Source: the human T2T-CHM13v2.0 reference genome, Homo sapiens
Strand: one strand, 5' to 3'
Length of the DNA stretch: 64,000 bases
Assembly (NCBI RefSeq): GCF_009914755.1
Contig: NC_060928.1
The position numbers and the translations under genes were made by a program. Below the pieces are notes generated by a model, which did no database searches, was not told where the DNA came from, and saw only the letters and a program-made list of their open reading frames with translations. Of this stretch, positions 20,344 through 36,653 are shown one piece after another. Position 1 is the first letter of the stretch, and each line of letters opens with the position of its first letter.

Positions 20344-20839
20344 TAAAACTAAAAAGACAACAAAAAGTGGAGGAATTTTAGCTAAAAAAAAATCCCACTT
20401 ATTTGGAAAGGTATCCAATCTTATTTTACTACAAAGAAAGTGCTAAAAATATATTAAGTCCTACCTCCAATTCTGATATCAGCCACAACAGAAAGTGTCT
20501 CCTAAAATGCAATTTTTAAATAATGTTCTAAGAAAATAACACAAAGTTTCTTCCTCATGCAAATGAATTTTGCCCTCAAAAAGAGGAGACTGTGATACCA
20601 GAGCCTCATCTACTTGAGGGCGGGCAACTTTGAGCCTAGACAAATTTGGACATTTTCCAGAAGTTTTCGCTCCTAAAGTACATGCAGTTCCAATCAACAA
20701 CTCAAAGAGATTTTTTTTTTAACTTGAAAGTTAACCCAATCTTTATCTGGAAGAGTAAACACATTAAAATAACACGAACATTCAAGAGCGAAATAAAGTA
20801 GGGAGCTAGCTCTACCAGGCACTAAAACATATTATAAAG

Positions 20840-21057
20840 CAAGCTTGTCTAACCCATGGCCTGCGGGCCGCATGTGGCTCAGGATGGCTTTGAATGCAGC
20901 CCAGCACAAATTTGTAAACTTTCTTAAAACATTATGAGGTTTTTCTTGCCATTTTTTTCTTTTAGCTCATCAGCTATTGTTAGTATATTTTATGTGTGGC
21001 CCAAGACAATTCTTCTTCCAATGTGGCCCAGGGAAGTCAAAAGATTGGACACCCCTG
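20840..21057. mobile_element. MER30-like hAT-Charlie MITE inserted in an old L1 fragment (~20700-22100)
   Basis: caagcttgtctaaccc...aagattggacacccctg termini; TATAAAG target duplication. Confidence 0.8.
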
Positions 21058-21481
21058 TATATAAAGCAATACTAATTAAAACTTGGTGGCACTGGTATAT
21101 GAATTGAGTTGACAAAGCTCTCAATGAAACATAATAACCTATACATGAATTCTAGTATGTATAAAATACAGTTAAAAGTTGTATCACAAATCAATTGGAA
21201 AGAAAAGATCATCCCATAAATTGTAATGAGCTGAATAGCCAACAATTGGAAAAAAAATCAACTCATATCTTCACTTCACACCATAAATAGAAACTAAATT
21301 TTAGAATATTTAAAGAGACGAAAAAGAAAAAAAAAGCTTTAGATGAACTGAAAGAAAATATAATTAAATATTTTTCAAGCCTCTGGAAAAGTATGAATTT
21401 CCAAGTTTGGAAACAATAGAAGATATAAAAACTTGACAACGTAAGAGCAACATAATTTTCAAAGGTAAAGTGAAAAGGCAA

Positions 21482-21635
21482 CGCCTGTGATCCCAGCCCT
21501 TTGGGAAGCCCAGGCAGGAGGATCGCTTAAGGCCAGGAGTTTGAGACCAGCCTGGGCAACAAAGCGAAACCCTGCCTCTAAAAAAATTTTAAAAATAAAT
21601 AAATAAATAACAACAACAACAAAAATAAATAAAAT
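21482..21635 (+). mobile_element. 5'-truncated Alu left monomer (FLAM-like)
   Basis: Alu left-arm sequence plus A-rich tail; AAAAGGCAA on both sides. Confidence 0.8.
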
Positions 21636-22092
21636 TAAAAGGCAAACAGTAAACTAGAAAATACAGTCACTTATGGGAAGGGACTAAGAAATCTAAATGA
21701 ATCAGATAAATAGATAAAAAATGATTAAGACTCTAACAGATGAGTGAGCAAAGGGCGTGTGCCCTAGTTTAAAAAAAAATTACCTGAAGCTGTGATTTTA
21801 AAAAGCAACAAATAAAACAAAGATGCATCATTTTTACCTATTAAATTGACAGAATTAAAAAGTGATGATAATAATATAGCAGGTATGGAGAAATTGATAT
21901 ATTATGCGTTTCTAGTGGCATTTCACAGGTAAACAACATTTTAGAAAGCAATAAATTTGACAAAATATGTCAGTAAAGAAAAATAAATGGTATACCTTCA
22001 ATCCAGGGGTTCTTTTTCTGGAAATGAAGAAAATAAAAGGTATGTAAAAAGCCACATGCTCTAAGACGGTCATTGAATATTATTTATGACTA

Positions 22093-22270
<178 letters not shown>

Positions 22271-23389
22271 TACGTAACAATTGAGAATTAATTCAGTAAA
22301 GCATAGAACTAGACAAATGGTCATTTGGAACAACAACGACAAAAGAATGAATGATTGAAACCGACATATCATAGAATATTATTCCATGAAAAAGAATTTA
22401 GTATGTACGTTGAATGACCAAACAGTGTAGCTATTGTTTGGTAAGTCGGGGAGTTCCTCCACTGCACAGCATGCTTACCAATCTCCTTCTGATAACAGCA
22501 TCCCTTGTGTTGGAGAATTTATTTCCAATTTTGTGTAATCCTGGTGGGGATGTAGGTCACTGTGGCCTACCCTCATCTCTCCCAACAGGTGAGCTTATGG
22601 CCCAGGTTGACTAGTGACAATACAGTGCTGCCCTGTACATGGTAATTGGCCAAAGGAGGGATACATTGTCTGTGACTGACCAATTTGAGTCTTTTCCCAG
22701 AATTCTCCAAACTAAGGTAGACAGAAGCTCTCTTTTCCTTTTGGATGACCTCGGGCTATTGGTGGCTGTACCCCCTGCTTGTTAGGTTCAGAAGTGCTGG
22801 AGGAGAGGATGGAGGCAACATAGAAAAAGAGGCAGAATTAATGAAGAAAAAAGACAGATCTGAGGACATTCTCTGGACTTCTGGATATAGCCCTACCTAA
22901 AGCCTGTATATTTCCCACTTACATGAGCATTTCTGACACATGGTTTGACATGTTTAAGCAGATATGAGTTAGAATTCAGTCTTTAATATTTGTGTACACA
23001 ATCATGCAGAAACAATTTCTGTACACTATTTTTGGAGACCAGAGTACACGTAAAAATTTAGATCAGACATGTCATTGCCATGTTTAAAAATCTTACAATA
23101 GCTTCACATTGCTCTTAGACCAAGAGATAATCTCCTTAATGTGTCCAGTGATGTCCCCCTCTCTCTCTCTCTCACTGTCTCTCTCTCACATGCACACACA
23201 CACACACACCCCCACATACACAGCCCTCTCCCTCCCTCTTTTCCTTCCACGCTCCTCTGGCTCATTTGCTCTGTCTATATTGGCCAGCTTTCTGTTCCTC
23301 AAACAAAGTTTATTCCTATCCTGGGTCTCTGCACTTGCTGTCCCAAGTGTGAAAAATGCTGGCCCAAACCTTCATAAGTCTGATTCTTT

Positions 23390-23800
23390 CTTTTTTTTTT
23401 TTGTGGAAATGGAGTCTTGCTCTGTCGCCTAGGCTAGAGTACAGTAATTCTCCTGCCTCAGCCTCCTGAGTAGCTGGGACTACAGGTGTGTGCCACCACA
23501 CCTGGCTTACTTTTTTTTTTAGATGAAGTATCACTCTTTCACCCAGGCTGGAGTGCAGTGACGTGACCTTGGCTCACTGCAACCTCCACCTCCCAGGTTC
23601 AAGCGATTCTTGTGCCTCAGCCTCCTGAGTAGCTGGGACTACAGGCGCCCGCCACTACACCCAGCTAATTTTTATATTTTTATAGAGATGGGGTTTTGCC
23701 ATTTGGGGCCAGGCTGGTCTTGAACTCCTGACCTCAGGTGATCCTCCTGCCTCAGCCTCCCGAAGTGCTGGGATTACAGGTGTGAGCCACTGCACGCAAC
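23390..23800 (-). mobile_element. Composite three-arm Alu (left-right-right) within an L2 remnant
   Basis: Full Alu 23511-23800 plus an internally deleted right arm 23390-23510; GATTCTTTCTT flanks the whole unit. Confidence 0.85.
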
Positions 23801-24533
23801 AGATTCTTTCTTGTCCAGCAGGTCTCATCTCAAATGACCTTTCTGTGAGGCCTTCCCTGACTACTCACTCCACATTACCCTCCTTTATTTATTTCCCCTT
23901 ACTTATTTCTATCATAAATTATCTTACTTATTTGCTTGTTTATTATCTGCCTTCTGTTTTAGAATGAAGGAAACATTTAGGATAAAAACTCCTATGTACA
24001 CGAAGAATATAGCAAGGGAACAATAAGCATTTGAGAAAAGATTAAAAGAAAATACATATATTTATAACATTGGGGTGATGCAGATGGATTGTGTCTTAAT
24101 TCCCTTCATCTTTTTTTTATTATCCAAATTTCCTGTGATGTGTTTATACTGCTTGGTGATTAATTAAAACACAGATAGAAAAAAATCATATGCTTTTCAG
24201 AATCCACTAAACTTCCTGGCATTTTAGTAAAGAATTTCAGTCTTAATTTTCAGAAACTGTAGCAACAGGTTTTGCCAACAACCCCCTCACAAAAATCTCT
24301 TGGTTAAAAAAGAAGGGGGGAAAAACAGAATAAAGCAAAAAAGAACTGAAAAGGAACATTGGTATGGTGGTTCATTAGAGTGCTCCTAATCACTAAGGAT
24401 AACATTTGCATTGGATCATTTGTTAAAGCTCCCGAAGCACAAAATGTAACTGTGGTGGGCTTCTATACATAAACATCAGCGCACATCAAGACCTATCAAA
24501 GATCAGCTACAACAATAAAAGTTCTTAGAATTA

Positions 24534-24944
<411 letters not shown>

Positions 24945-25004
24945 CTATATGTTTTGCAATTTTTATAATTTCAGTGGTATTCACTTTTTAAATTTAACAC
25001 TCCA

Positions 25005-25397
25005 TGCTATGGTTTGAAGGTTTGTGTGTCTCAAAAATTTATGTTGAATCTGAATCCCCAATGTAGCAGTATTAAGCGGTGAGTTCTTTGAAAAGTGATT
25101 AGGCCATGAGGGCTCTACCATCATGGATGGAATTCATGCCCATATAAAAGGTCTTGTGGGAGTAAATTCATCTCTACTCATTCTTCTGCCATGTGAAGAC
25201 ACAGCATTCATCTGCTCCTGAGGACACAGCAACAAGGCGCCATCTTGGAGGTGGAAAGCAAGTGCTTACCAGACACTGAATCTGTCAGCGCCTTGTTCTG
25301 GGACTTAGCCTCCAGAACTGTGAGAAATAAATTTCTACTATTTATACATTACCCAGTCTGTGCTACTTTGTTATAGCATCAAGAATGAACTAAGACA
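25005..25397 (+). mobile_element. MaLR solo LTR (MLT1A/MST-like)
   Basis: TG...CA ends, perfect TSD CTCCA, cctccagaactgtgagaaataaatttct motif. Confidence 0.88.
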
Positions 25398-25619
25398 CTC
25401 CATAAAAGTTTTCCCAGCCTAAGGTGCTCACATCTGTTTCTTCAACTCCATAGTTATCTTCTACTTCCTGGAAATCACATTTCTCTCTTTCCAGGCCCTC
25501 TTCTAACCCTGTCATACACATGGACCTTGAGCCTCTCAGAGATCCCAAAATCACCCTCTCTGGTTTATTTGAGTTTCACATGTTTTTCAACTACCTAGTC
25601 TCACCTTGATGGATAACAT

Positions 25620-27130
25620 CATTTACTTTTTCTATAAACAGTTACTGAGTGCCTATGTATCATAGGTTCTAGCCATTAACAAGGGATGCCTCTTTTCTTA
25701 GAGCCTGTAGTTTACTAGAAGAATGAAGCAAAACCAAGTGAACAAACAAAATAAATACAAATTTTGGCAAGTTGTAGGAAGGAAACAAATAGGATTGCCT
25801 GTGAGGATGATTAGGGAAGGTCCTCTGAAAAGGTAAGCTGAGATCTGAAGCATGAGGAGGGACAGCCTGGGGCAGGAAAAACCACAGCTTATTTGAAGGC
25901 TCATATAGCTGGAGTATCATAAGCAAGGAGCTAAGTGGCATGAAAAAAGATGAGTGTAGTTGGAAGATGCCAGATCAAGCATGGCCTTATAGGTCCTGGT
26001 AAGGAGGTTGGCTTTTATTTAAAGTGCAATTTGAAGCAATGGAAAAGCTTTAAACTGAAAAACAATATATATAATTTACTTTTAGTTTTGTTTTACTCTT
26101 TTCCTTTACTTATCAGTTCTCAAAATAAATGAATGGGTTCCTAAGGATCATTTCCATATAAACTTTATAATGAGTTTGTCAATATCCATAAAATAACTGG
26201 GTGGGATTTTGATTGGAATTTTACAGAATCTATAGATCAAGTTGGGAAAAGCTGACATCTTGACAATATTGCATATTCCTATCTATGAATATTGAATATC
26301 TCTATCTCACCATTTAGTTGTATCCTTGATATCTGTTATCAGAGTTTTTTAGTTTTGCTTATCGTGCAACCTTGCTATAATCACTAACAAAGTCCAACTT
26401 TGCAGTAATCACTAATGAGTTTCTTTTTTAATGATTCTTTGGGGTTTTCTACACAGACAGTCATTTAATATCCTTCAAAGTTTTTTTTTAGTACATCATT
26501 ATTAACTCATGAATTTGAACATTTTGATCTGGTTCAATCTCTTATAATTATTGTTTTTATCAATACTTAAATTACCCTTTCTTGGGCCAGTGAGATTCTC
26601 TTTAAGTGGCCTCCTGAGTCCTTTTGACATGACCTCAGTAGCCTTGAATTGCTTCACTGCTAACTGGTATGACAAGATATTCCAGGCTAGTCTTTCACAT
26701 TTCTTGCCCCAGACCTGTAGTCAGCTTATTCTCCAAGTTGCCCTAATTTCTTTTATTGGAAAATTGTATTTAGAAGTCACAATTCCGGATGTTATTTTAA
26801 AATAATCCTTGCTTTTATGTGAAGAATGGGATAAAAGAGAGCTGAGTGGAATTGGAGAAACTGGTTAGGAGGCAATGTGTGTTACCCCCAGTGAGAGACA
26901 ATGGCAATCTGGACTGAGTTATTGTCAAAGGAATTAGAGTGAAATGGGCTGATTTGAAATATGTATTCATGTCATGGCCAATGAACTTGCTATTGGGTTA
27001 GATGTGGGGAAATGAAAGAATAGAAAAACTTGAGGACAACTTTCAAGTTTTTGGGGGAAGACAGATGGAGCATATCATTATCAGAATAATGACTCTTCTG
27101 GGATAGATGTGAAGTGGAATATTAAATCCC
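25620..27130. mobile_element. L2 remnant interrupted by old L1M fragments (~26100-26790)
   Basis: L2 motifs (cagttactgagtgcctatgt; agggaaggtcctctgaaaaggt) and L1 motif gggattttgattggaatt. Confidence 0.55.
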
Positions 27131-30100
27131 TATTTCAAAATCCTGGTGGCTTAATTTTATTGTAAATATATTGTACAAATACTGTTTCCAAAAATCCCAC
27201 ATACTTTGTAACTGTTTATATTACTTTGTCTACTCTTGCAGTCTTTGTTAACTAAATCTGCAATTTAGCAGTTGCAAGCAATATGTTCACGCAGTCTAAT
27301 GGTCTGCATTTTTCCATGTAGACAATTTAAAATATTGCTTTAAAGAGTACTCAATATACAGTAAAAATATTCAACATACAATAATTTAATTATTTGGGGG
27401 TATTTGAGTTGCTTCCAATTTTTAATTATTATATCTTAGTTAAGACTCAGTTATAAGCAACAACATGTGATTTAAGTTATTTTAACTTGAAAAAGGTGAT
27501 TTATTGTAAAGGTAGAAGGGTATGCCATGGGGTCAAAGAATAGGAAAGCAGTTGGGCATCTGGAAGGAGACAGAAAGGTGTCGGCCTTTTCTTTGTTTCT
27601 TACTTGTTTCTCTTGGTAAATCTGTTTTGTTCTTCTTTCCTTTACCCTAATTACCTCGTTGTAGGGCAGTAGGGTTACCTCATAGCCTGAGATTATTTTA
27701 CCACTCTGACCACATGCAAAGACTAACCTGCAATTCTCTGTTCTAGTTCCACATTCCAGCTCGTGTTAGACTGATTTCTGGTTGAATTGTAGATCAGGAG
27801 ATGGGATTACCCAAGACAAACATGGCTGCTACGGATTCACCCTCTCGAATGGGAGTGGGAGGAGTTCTAGGGAAGACAGGATGGCTAATGGGCTGGGCTG
27901 ACCCCTAAAAGATGTCTCTATATTTTGAATTATGTTACTATAAACGAATTTGCAAAAGCTACTTTTTTTCTTTGTCCTTGGAGTACATTCATCGAGGTGG
28001 AATTACAGGGTCTCAGAATTGGAACAGTTTCATGACTTACTCCCTTTGCCAGCCGGGCTGTGTTGATGACATGAGAGGAAATAAGGAAGTTAGGAAATAC
28101 TGGTCTGGCAACTCAGAAAACTCTTCCTTATCTCCATGATTCACCTTTTAAATCACTGCCTCTTCCAGTCTCAGTAAGTACTAGAATGAATATGCGTTCT
28201 TCAATTTTTTTTTTTTTTTTGGTTCCCTCAGTAATGTTTGTTGAACAGAGGAAATGAGAGGGCAATCCAATCCAATGCTCATGTAGTAGCATCACACTTT
28301 AAGGGAATTATAAGTCACAGATTAATTTCTTCTCACAAATAAATAACCCACACCCTCTCATTTTCTTATTGGTCCCATTTTTCAATCCTTGTAAGCACTT
28401 TTCTGGTCTTTGCCATCCTCTTTCTAATTTCTCCCCTCAGACTGAGGATCTGAAAACGTCCCCTTCAGAGTACAATACTAAGAAATACTCATCAGCATGA
28501 GCTATTAATTTCTCTGAGTAAATGATAACTTTCAAGAATATTGATCACCTAAGTACTTTACGTTTTTTTCACAAAAGTACATGGCTCTTTTTCAGTCAGG
28601 TCCAGAATTTTAATCTACCCTGGGATTCCCTAGCTCATGAATTTGGGAATTGGACAGGAGACAGTACAAGATCACAGGAAGTGGGAGGAAGAGTAGAGAG
28701 AAGCAAGTCCAAGGATTTCCCAGGTCAACGCTGTCCAGGATGACATGGGTTGGAGACCCTGAAAGAGGCCACGTGAAGGCAGATAGGAAGTGAGATGACA
28801 GCCAGTTGAAAAGATGGGAGGCATCCAACTAACCTAGAGGAAATGACAAAGTATGGCCTCTGAGCAGGATAACTAGCTACTGAAACTAAGGGTCCTGACT
28901 GGGCAAGGAGGCAAAAGTAGGCATGGAGTCCAGGTGTCCAAATGGGGGGTCAAAAGGGTAAATAAACCTGGTCCAGCCAATGGACCAGACAGATAGCCAA
29001 AAAGATTTGATCCCATATATTGTGGGAAGTAATTGACAGTGTTTTCAATACATTACAGTGCCAAAAAATTGACCTTTTTCTTCACTCTATTGTAATGTCT
29101 CCATGTTGCTTTATTAAAATTGTGTAATTGACAATTCACCAAGAGCCTGACTCTTGGTTCAAAGTCTCATCCCTCTGTCTTGTTTTTAAATGCAAATGAA
29201 GAGGGCTGACATAGTCTGGCAGGCATGTTTTTGTCCACAGCAAGACAGAACTCGTCATGTACCATTGTCTGGGACTGCAATGTCCTCTGGAGGGTCACAC
29301 GGCCCTTAAAATTTGAGTATTTCCACAGTTATAATGGGCAATGAAGAAGTCCTTCCTTATATCATTCATTGTTTTACACACCCCAACCTAATTTTAAGGG
29401 TACAGAAGGAATGGCAGCTGGTTTCTGAGTTTGCAGGAAAAAGTACTAAGAGCAAATAAGTAGTCGGGAAATTGTCTTGACATTTATGGAATGAACGAGG
29501 CATTACTGTGTAATAGAGAGGTTTATGACTGTTCTGGGAACACTATTCCAGTGTGTTAGAGATGGTTGGCCATTTATTTTAAAGAATTAAAAGAAGAGCA
29601 AAAGCCACCCTAGCAGTTTCAGGGGAATAGCTGTGGGCGAACATTAGAGAAGAGGGGGAGGAGAAATGTATGAGGGCTATTAAGCAGCTGTCTGTTAAGG
29701 AACATTTAATTTAAAATAAGATAAACATTCATTGTGCTGTAAACAAACAAACAAACAAACATTTTTTGCAGCATTTTCATTCCGACCTCCTTACATTGGT
29801 GTTTTCAGAATTTATTAGAGTGTAGTATTGAAAAACGATGTGAAACTCAGATAGATTATGGTTTTATCCCATTTGTTAGTATTGAGGGAAGTATTTGGCA
29901 TGTGTTTTCAATGCATTATAATTCTAAAAAATTGCTTTTTTCTTCACTGTATTGCAAGTCCCTCCATGTTGCTCTATTTAAAATTGTACAGTTCATAACA
30001 GATTAGGAATTACTCTAATAAATATGGTCAAATTTCTCATTTGATGCAGAATTGTCTGTGCTTCTGTCTTTGTTAGTGACTAGCCCCCTCTGGGTACTTA

Positions 30101-31557
30101 GCTCTTAATAAATACTAAGTTATGTATTTGCTTTCATGTCCTTGGCTAGAAACTGCATGACTGGCCATACTCTGAAATTTTGTAACATTATGGCTAATGC
30201 ACTTTTTGTAATAATGAAGCAAAATAGATTTATTGTCAAATGCTTTCTTCAATTCAAAGTAGAGAGAAAGGAATTCCAGGATCTTGAAAGCACTAGGGAA
30301 ATGTGACTCTGTAATGGAATTGTGTCTAATGAAATCTCCAGGACCAACTGAGGAATGTTCTTCTTACCATAAACTCCAGAATTGGAAGAATTCTTTTAAA
30401 AGAGGAATATCTCAAATGAGATGTTATTAGCAATTTTAACAATTATTTCAATTATCCCGGGTTATGCATGGTAACTTGAATCTATTAAAAGGAATGAATT
30501 GGGCTCTGAATTAACTAGATGAGACTATAATTTTTCAAAGCAGTGAACTCCAACTTGTATTTAGTAGGATTTTTTTTTTTACTATGTTTCTGACCTACTT
30601 TCAGACATGGACTTGCAAACTCCAGGTCCCTAGGAGAGTAGGAAGAAAAATTACTCACTTATATTCTGCAATTTATTACACTAATTTATGGTCCTTCAAG
30701 TCTGGGCAGGGGATGGGCTGTTGTTTTATAGAAGAACCTTTTTGTCCTTTGTTGGGGACATTTCCAGCAATTTAACAATTGACTCTAATAGAATCTTATG
30801 AATAAAACTAATGAAAACATGAAGAAATGAACTCTAGAGACCAAACATACAGTAGCTTATTGTTCACTCTCTGGAGAATAGAAATACCTTCTCTAACAAG
30901 GTACAATGGTGCAAACAGGAACTAACACTCAGGTTTCAATGCACAAGGCACTCAGGGTCAGGAGACGGCCAATACTGCTGACCTTAGTCAGGTCAGCATG
31001 AACAAACTCAAGAAACTGGATAAGCAAACAAGTAAATGTGCTTTAGCTTTTAGATGTGTTCATATGATTATAAAAATTATTTTAAGAGAGAACAAATTAT
31101 CAAATCTAGTTCTTTGTCCTTTGACCCATCTCAATGCTTTTTTGTTTTTTTATTTATTTTTTTGGTTTTTTTTTAGGGGCCTATGTATATAATAAGCAGT
31201 GCTTTCTTCTCTTTCTCTAAGGCCAGTCCTTATTTTGATTACTCCCTTGGATCTTAGGGAGTATATGGCTAATATGAAAAGGAAGGATTAGTACAACTGA
31301 AATACCTAGATGGTTTTTAATTATCAAATTCTTCAATACATCAAGCCTTTTACTGGAGTTGCAAACATAGACTCCACCAGGGCTAATTACTTCACTTGCC
31401 TGGGTCTCAGTGTCCTCACTTACACGATGAGGGGTATATATGATCAGTGCTATCCCAGTCTGTCACCCATGCCACTGGTAGTATAGAAGGTGACTGTAGG
31501 TGATAATGGACAATTGCTTTAAGTTATGTATTTATTTTACTACTATTAAACCTGTGA

Positions 31558-32071
<514 letters not shown>

Positions 32072-32399
32072 GACATTTCTGAATATTATTGTTTAGTAGT
32101 AAAGTGGATATTTAGTTTTTAAGGGAAAATTTTAAATAAGTGATATAAGGGTGACAAAAAGTGACACATTATTTTCTAATGAGTGATATTTGGGAGACAT
32201 TAGACAAGCTAATCCCTAAAGCATATTTTAGCTTTAAGTCTAAAGTGTCTATAATTTTTAACGCCTTTCTTCCAAACTTTACTCAATTAATCTCACTAGA
32301 GAAGCCATAATTAAATAAAACAGATGAATGTTAAACAGTAGAAGTAGAAAGAAAGAAAAGCCAAGTGCTTGGAAAATTCTTAGACTTGAAAATCACTCA

Positions 32400-32742
<343 letters not shown>

Positions 32743-34685
32743 TTACATAGGATTTTCACGCAATTGTCTAAGCAACTTCATGGAACACTTTCATAAAAGC
32801 CTTTAAAAAATCCCCATCTTGAATTATAAATTCTGTAAATATGTCCCAAATGTTTATATTATGATCATCACTGGTGTTCTAAAAGAGTTGTAAAGTCCAT
32901 TGTGGTTGCCCTTTAGCTGCTTATTGGAATGGTGGCACTTATAGGAAAGGTAATAATACACATACTAATTTTGTTTCTTGAGTGCCCAGCAATAGCCTTG
33001 CACTTCATAAACTTTACCTTATGTAATCCTCACAACAACCCTACAGATGTATTAGTTCCCCTATTTGCAGGTTAAGAAACTGCAGTTCTTTGAGTTTCCT
33101 AACTTGCTATTACTGAAGGGCTCACAGCTAGACTGTGGTGAGCATTTAAAAAAACGCTACGGAGGTCTGTCTCTTTTCTAAGCACATGCTTTTTCTACAA
33201 CATAAAAGTTTTAAATAAGAGTTTTAAAGAAACATCCCTCTCTCTCTCTACATAGGAAATAAAGAGCCCTTTGGACTTGACCAAGAAAAGCTTTTGGAGG
33301 AACTCAAATTCTTGAAGAGTCAGTCAGAGACTTAGGCTGGAGAAGTAACTACAGGGCGGGTCATTTCAAAGAAATAAGTGGCTGCCCTAGATATCTGTCA
33401 TCTCATCTTAACAGCTGATGCCAGCTCCCAGGGTCTCTGGATTGAGGCTCTTCCTCGCCTCTGCAGATCACCACTCCTGCCAGGGCAAAAGCTGGCTTCT
33501 TTCCTTCCTGCAGTGGCTTTTTCCTCCCCGACAACTTATCTGTTCGTATACCTAGCTAGGAGCCTGCCCTCTCACTGCCCTCTCCACCAACTGTTAACTT
33601 TCAACAGATAGTGACCACGCTATTTGTCAAGGTAAAACATCACACCCAATCTTCCCTCCCCTTTTATCATCAAGGAGTCCCCTTTAGGATGCTCTTAAGA
33701 ACTCAGAGGAAAACCAGCTATTCCTTCCTTTTCTTTGATAACTCTCTGTGTCATCCCAAAACAATGTGGGAGATCTGAAGTTAGAAATTATTTCTGAAAA
33801 TAAAATGACTGACCCTCCGATCCTTGCAAGAAAAGAAGTTTTTACATACACTAAGTGTTTGTTGTTGTTGTTGTCTGTCTGTTTGTTTGTTTGTTTAAAT
33901 AGCTAGACCAAAAGAAGTATCTTATCAAGTGAGGAAATAAAAGTGAAAACATCTCTGGTATTTGGAAAGCAGTCGTAATCATCAGGATGCTAAGGTGAGA
34001 AAGAAGCTACCTGTAAGCATACCTTCTTTAAAACACAATGGTTTCAGTTACAGACAGCTGACAGGTGCTGAGAGCAGTTGCTCAAGGGCAAAGAGCCCAG
34101 CAAAGAAAATATGGATGCAAACCCTTGGCTTAATCTCACTATCAATTATCTCTTATCAGCTCCTTTCTCACTCATAGGTGAAGCCCTGAAGGAGGCTGCA
34201 TCCAGCCTCTTCAAGGCCCCCCCCCAACCCAATATATGGATTGACATTTTTATAGCTCAAAAACAGCCGAATATCAGGAACACCAATCTGTACCTTTCCT
34301 CCCCATGATAGGAGGTGGGATGTGCACTTTTGTATTTTACTAGGTCTCCGCCTCCGTCGCTTTGCCTCATTCACACTGCACACTGCATGTCTGCATGTGG
34401 ATTGTCCGTTTGCAGTGCCAACCCCCACATCCAGACATCATCTTAGCTCAGATTGACCCCTGAGCTTCAGCCTGTGCAGATACTCCGCTCTTTGGCCCCT
34501 GTCCTTGTGCAATCTGCTTGGGAGAGAGTTTTAACTTTAGAAGGATCCTATCCAGATAAAAGTAGGGACAGGATGTTCTTTAGGGAATTCCCAGCACTGA
34601 ACAGGGCCCAGAGGGTCACTTAGTATACATATACACGCCAAAGCGCAGATGCCCTCACCCCTATTACATACTGCACACTGACATT

Positions 34686-34983
34686 TTCTTTTCTTTTCTT
34701 TTTGGAGACAGAGTCTGTCTCTGTCGCCCAGGCTGGAGTGCGGTGGTGCAATCTGTCACTGCAACCTCTGCCTCCCAGGCTCAAACGATTTTCCTTCCTC
34801 AGCCTCGTAAGTAGCTGAGATTACAGGCATGTGCCACCACACCAGGCTAATTTTTATATTTTTAGTAGAGACGAATTTTCACCATGTTGGCCAGGCTGGT
34901 CTCAGACTCCTGATCTCAGGTGATCTGCCTGCCTGAGCCTCCCAAAGTGCCGGGATTACAGGTGTGAGCCACCGTGCCTGGCC
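34686..34983 (-). mobile_element. Alu SINE (AluS-like)
   Basis: TSD ACACTGACATTTTCT. Confidence 0.95.
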
Positions 34984-36288
34984 ACACTGACATTTTCTAG
35001 TTTATTTTTTTTCTATTTTATTTTACTTTTTAAATGCATGTGGGTACTCACTAAATTTATGTCATGATCTGTGGATGGGCCATGACCTACAGCTTGAAAA
35101 TTACTGCTCCATGGGGAAAATGTAGAAGAACGGGATAAATTATTTGTACAAATGAAAACTTATTAAAGTGAGCTGCTTTATTAAAGTGAGCTCGCTTTCC
35201 TGCATGCCATGACCTGGTCCTCTGGTCTTATCTCACTCCTTTTGTCAGGACCATGACTTGACAAAGCGTTCTGTGACAGAGGGGGCTGGATGGTGGCTTT
35301 CCGACCTTATCCTTGCCGTCCTTAGGCCTCTGCTCCCCGGCTTTACCCCAGGCTTTCTTGCCCTGTGGAAATGTATGTGTGCTGTGATATGAAATTGTAG
35401 CTTCAGAGACTCAACAGTTTGCCATTTTAATGAGTCCATGTTTTAATCCAATTTTGAACATTCAAGATGTATTTGGCACAGTTTATCTTAACCAATAACA
35501 CCACACACAACAAGGGGACCCAAGTACTAACACCATATCAATTATGAAAAAGATTGAGATTGAGAAATGGCAAAATTACACTTCCCTAGTATAATATTTT
35601 TCAATGTCTATTCTATTATCTGAGATTAAAACCAAGTCAGAATTTGTCTTCATAGCTTTTATTATAGATTGTGTTATTTACTTGTGGTATTTGATTAGTC
35701 ACAGTGTCCTCTGCTAGAGGAGTTCAATGAGAACAGAGATTATTTCATTCACTCCCCATCAACTAGCACACTGCTTGGTACACAGTAGTTTTCAATAATT
35801 ATTTGTGGAATGAATAAAGAATTCCCTTTAAGAAGACATCTGTAAGCTATTTTTTTTCCCCACAAAGGCTTTAAACTTTCATGCCTCATAAGCTAGAATA
35901 ATGAATGTGGATTTGACATTGTATCTAAAAATGCACGTAAGGGCCTGCAAGTTTGGGTTATCTTTAGAATCCCAATTGGACCCAAGCTTCAATTGTCACT
36001 TTCTAATTATGATAGCTGCCATCTATTGCAAACCTCACAATAACTCCAGGAAGTGGGTCCTATTATTATCCTCCATTTCGCAGAAGAGGAAATTGAGGCC
36101 CAGAAAGGTTTAATCTCTATCTCTTAAGGCAATGCCATTTTGACTTTATACTGCCCTTTTTGAAATATCTTGTTATCCCTAAAAAAAAAAAAAAAAAAAA
36201 AAAATTTCTCCCTATTCTTCTGAGAATCTTTTGTGCAAAGGGAGCATTAAGAAATGGCATGGAGAGGAATGACTTCAAAATCAAGTTA

Positions 36289-36653
<365 letters not shown>

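Noticed and set aside
24395-24430. Octamer ATTTGCAT near a SOX-like CATTTGT
   Set aside because: Spacing and orientation do not match the canonical SOX-OCT composite; single motifs are expected by chance.
35160-35192. 18-bp period duplication TTATTAAAGTGAGCT
   Set aside because: Ordinary micro-duplication with no further structure.
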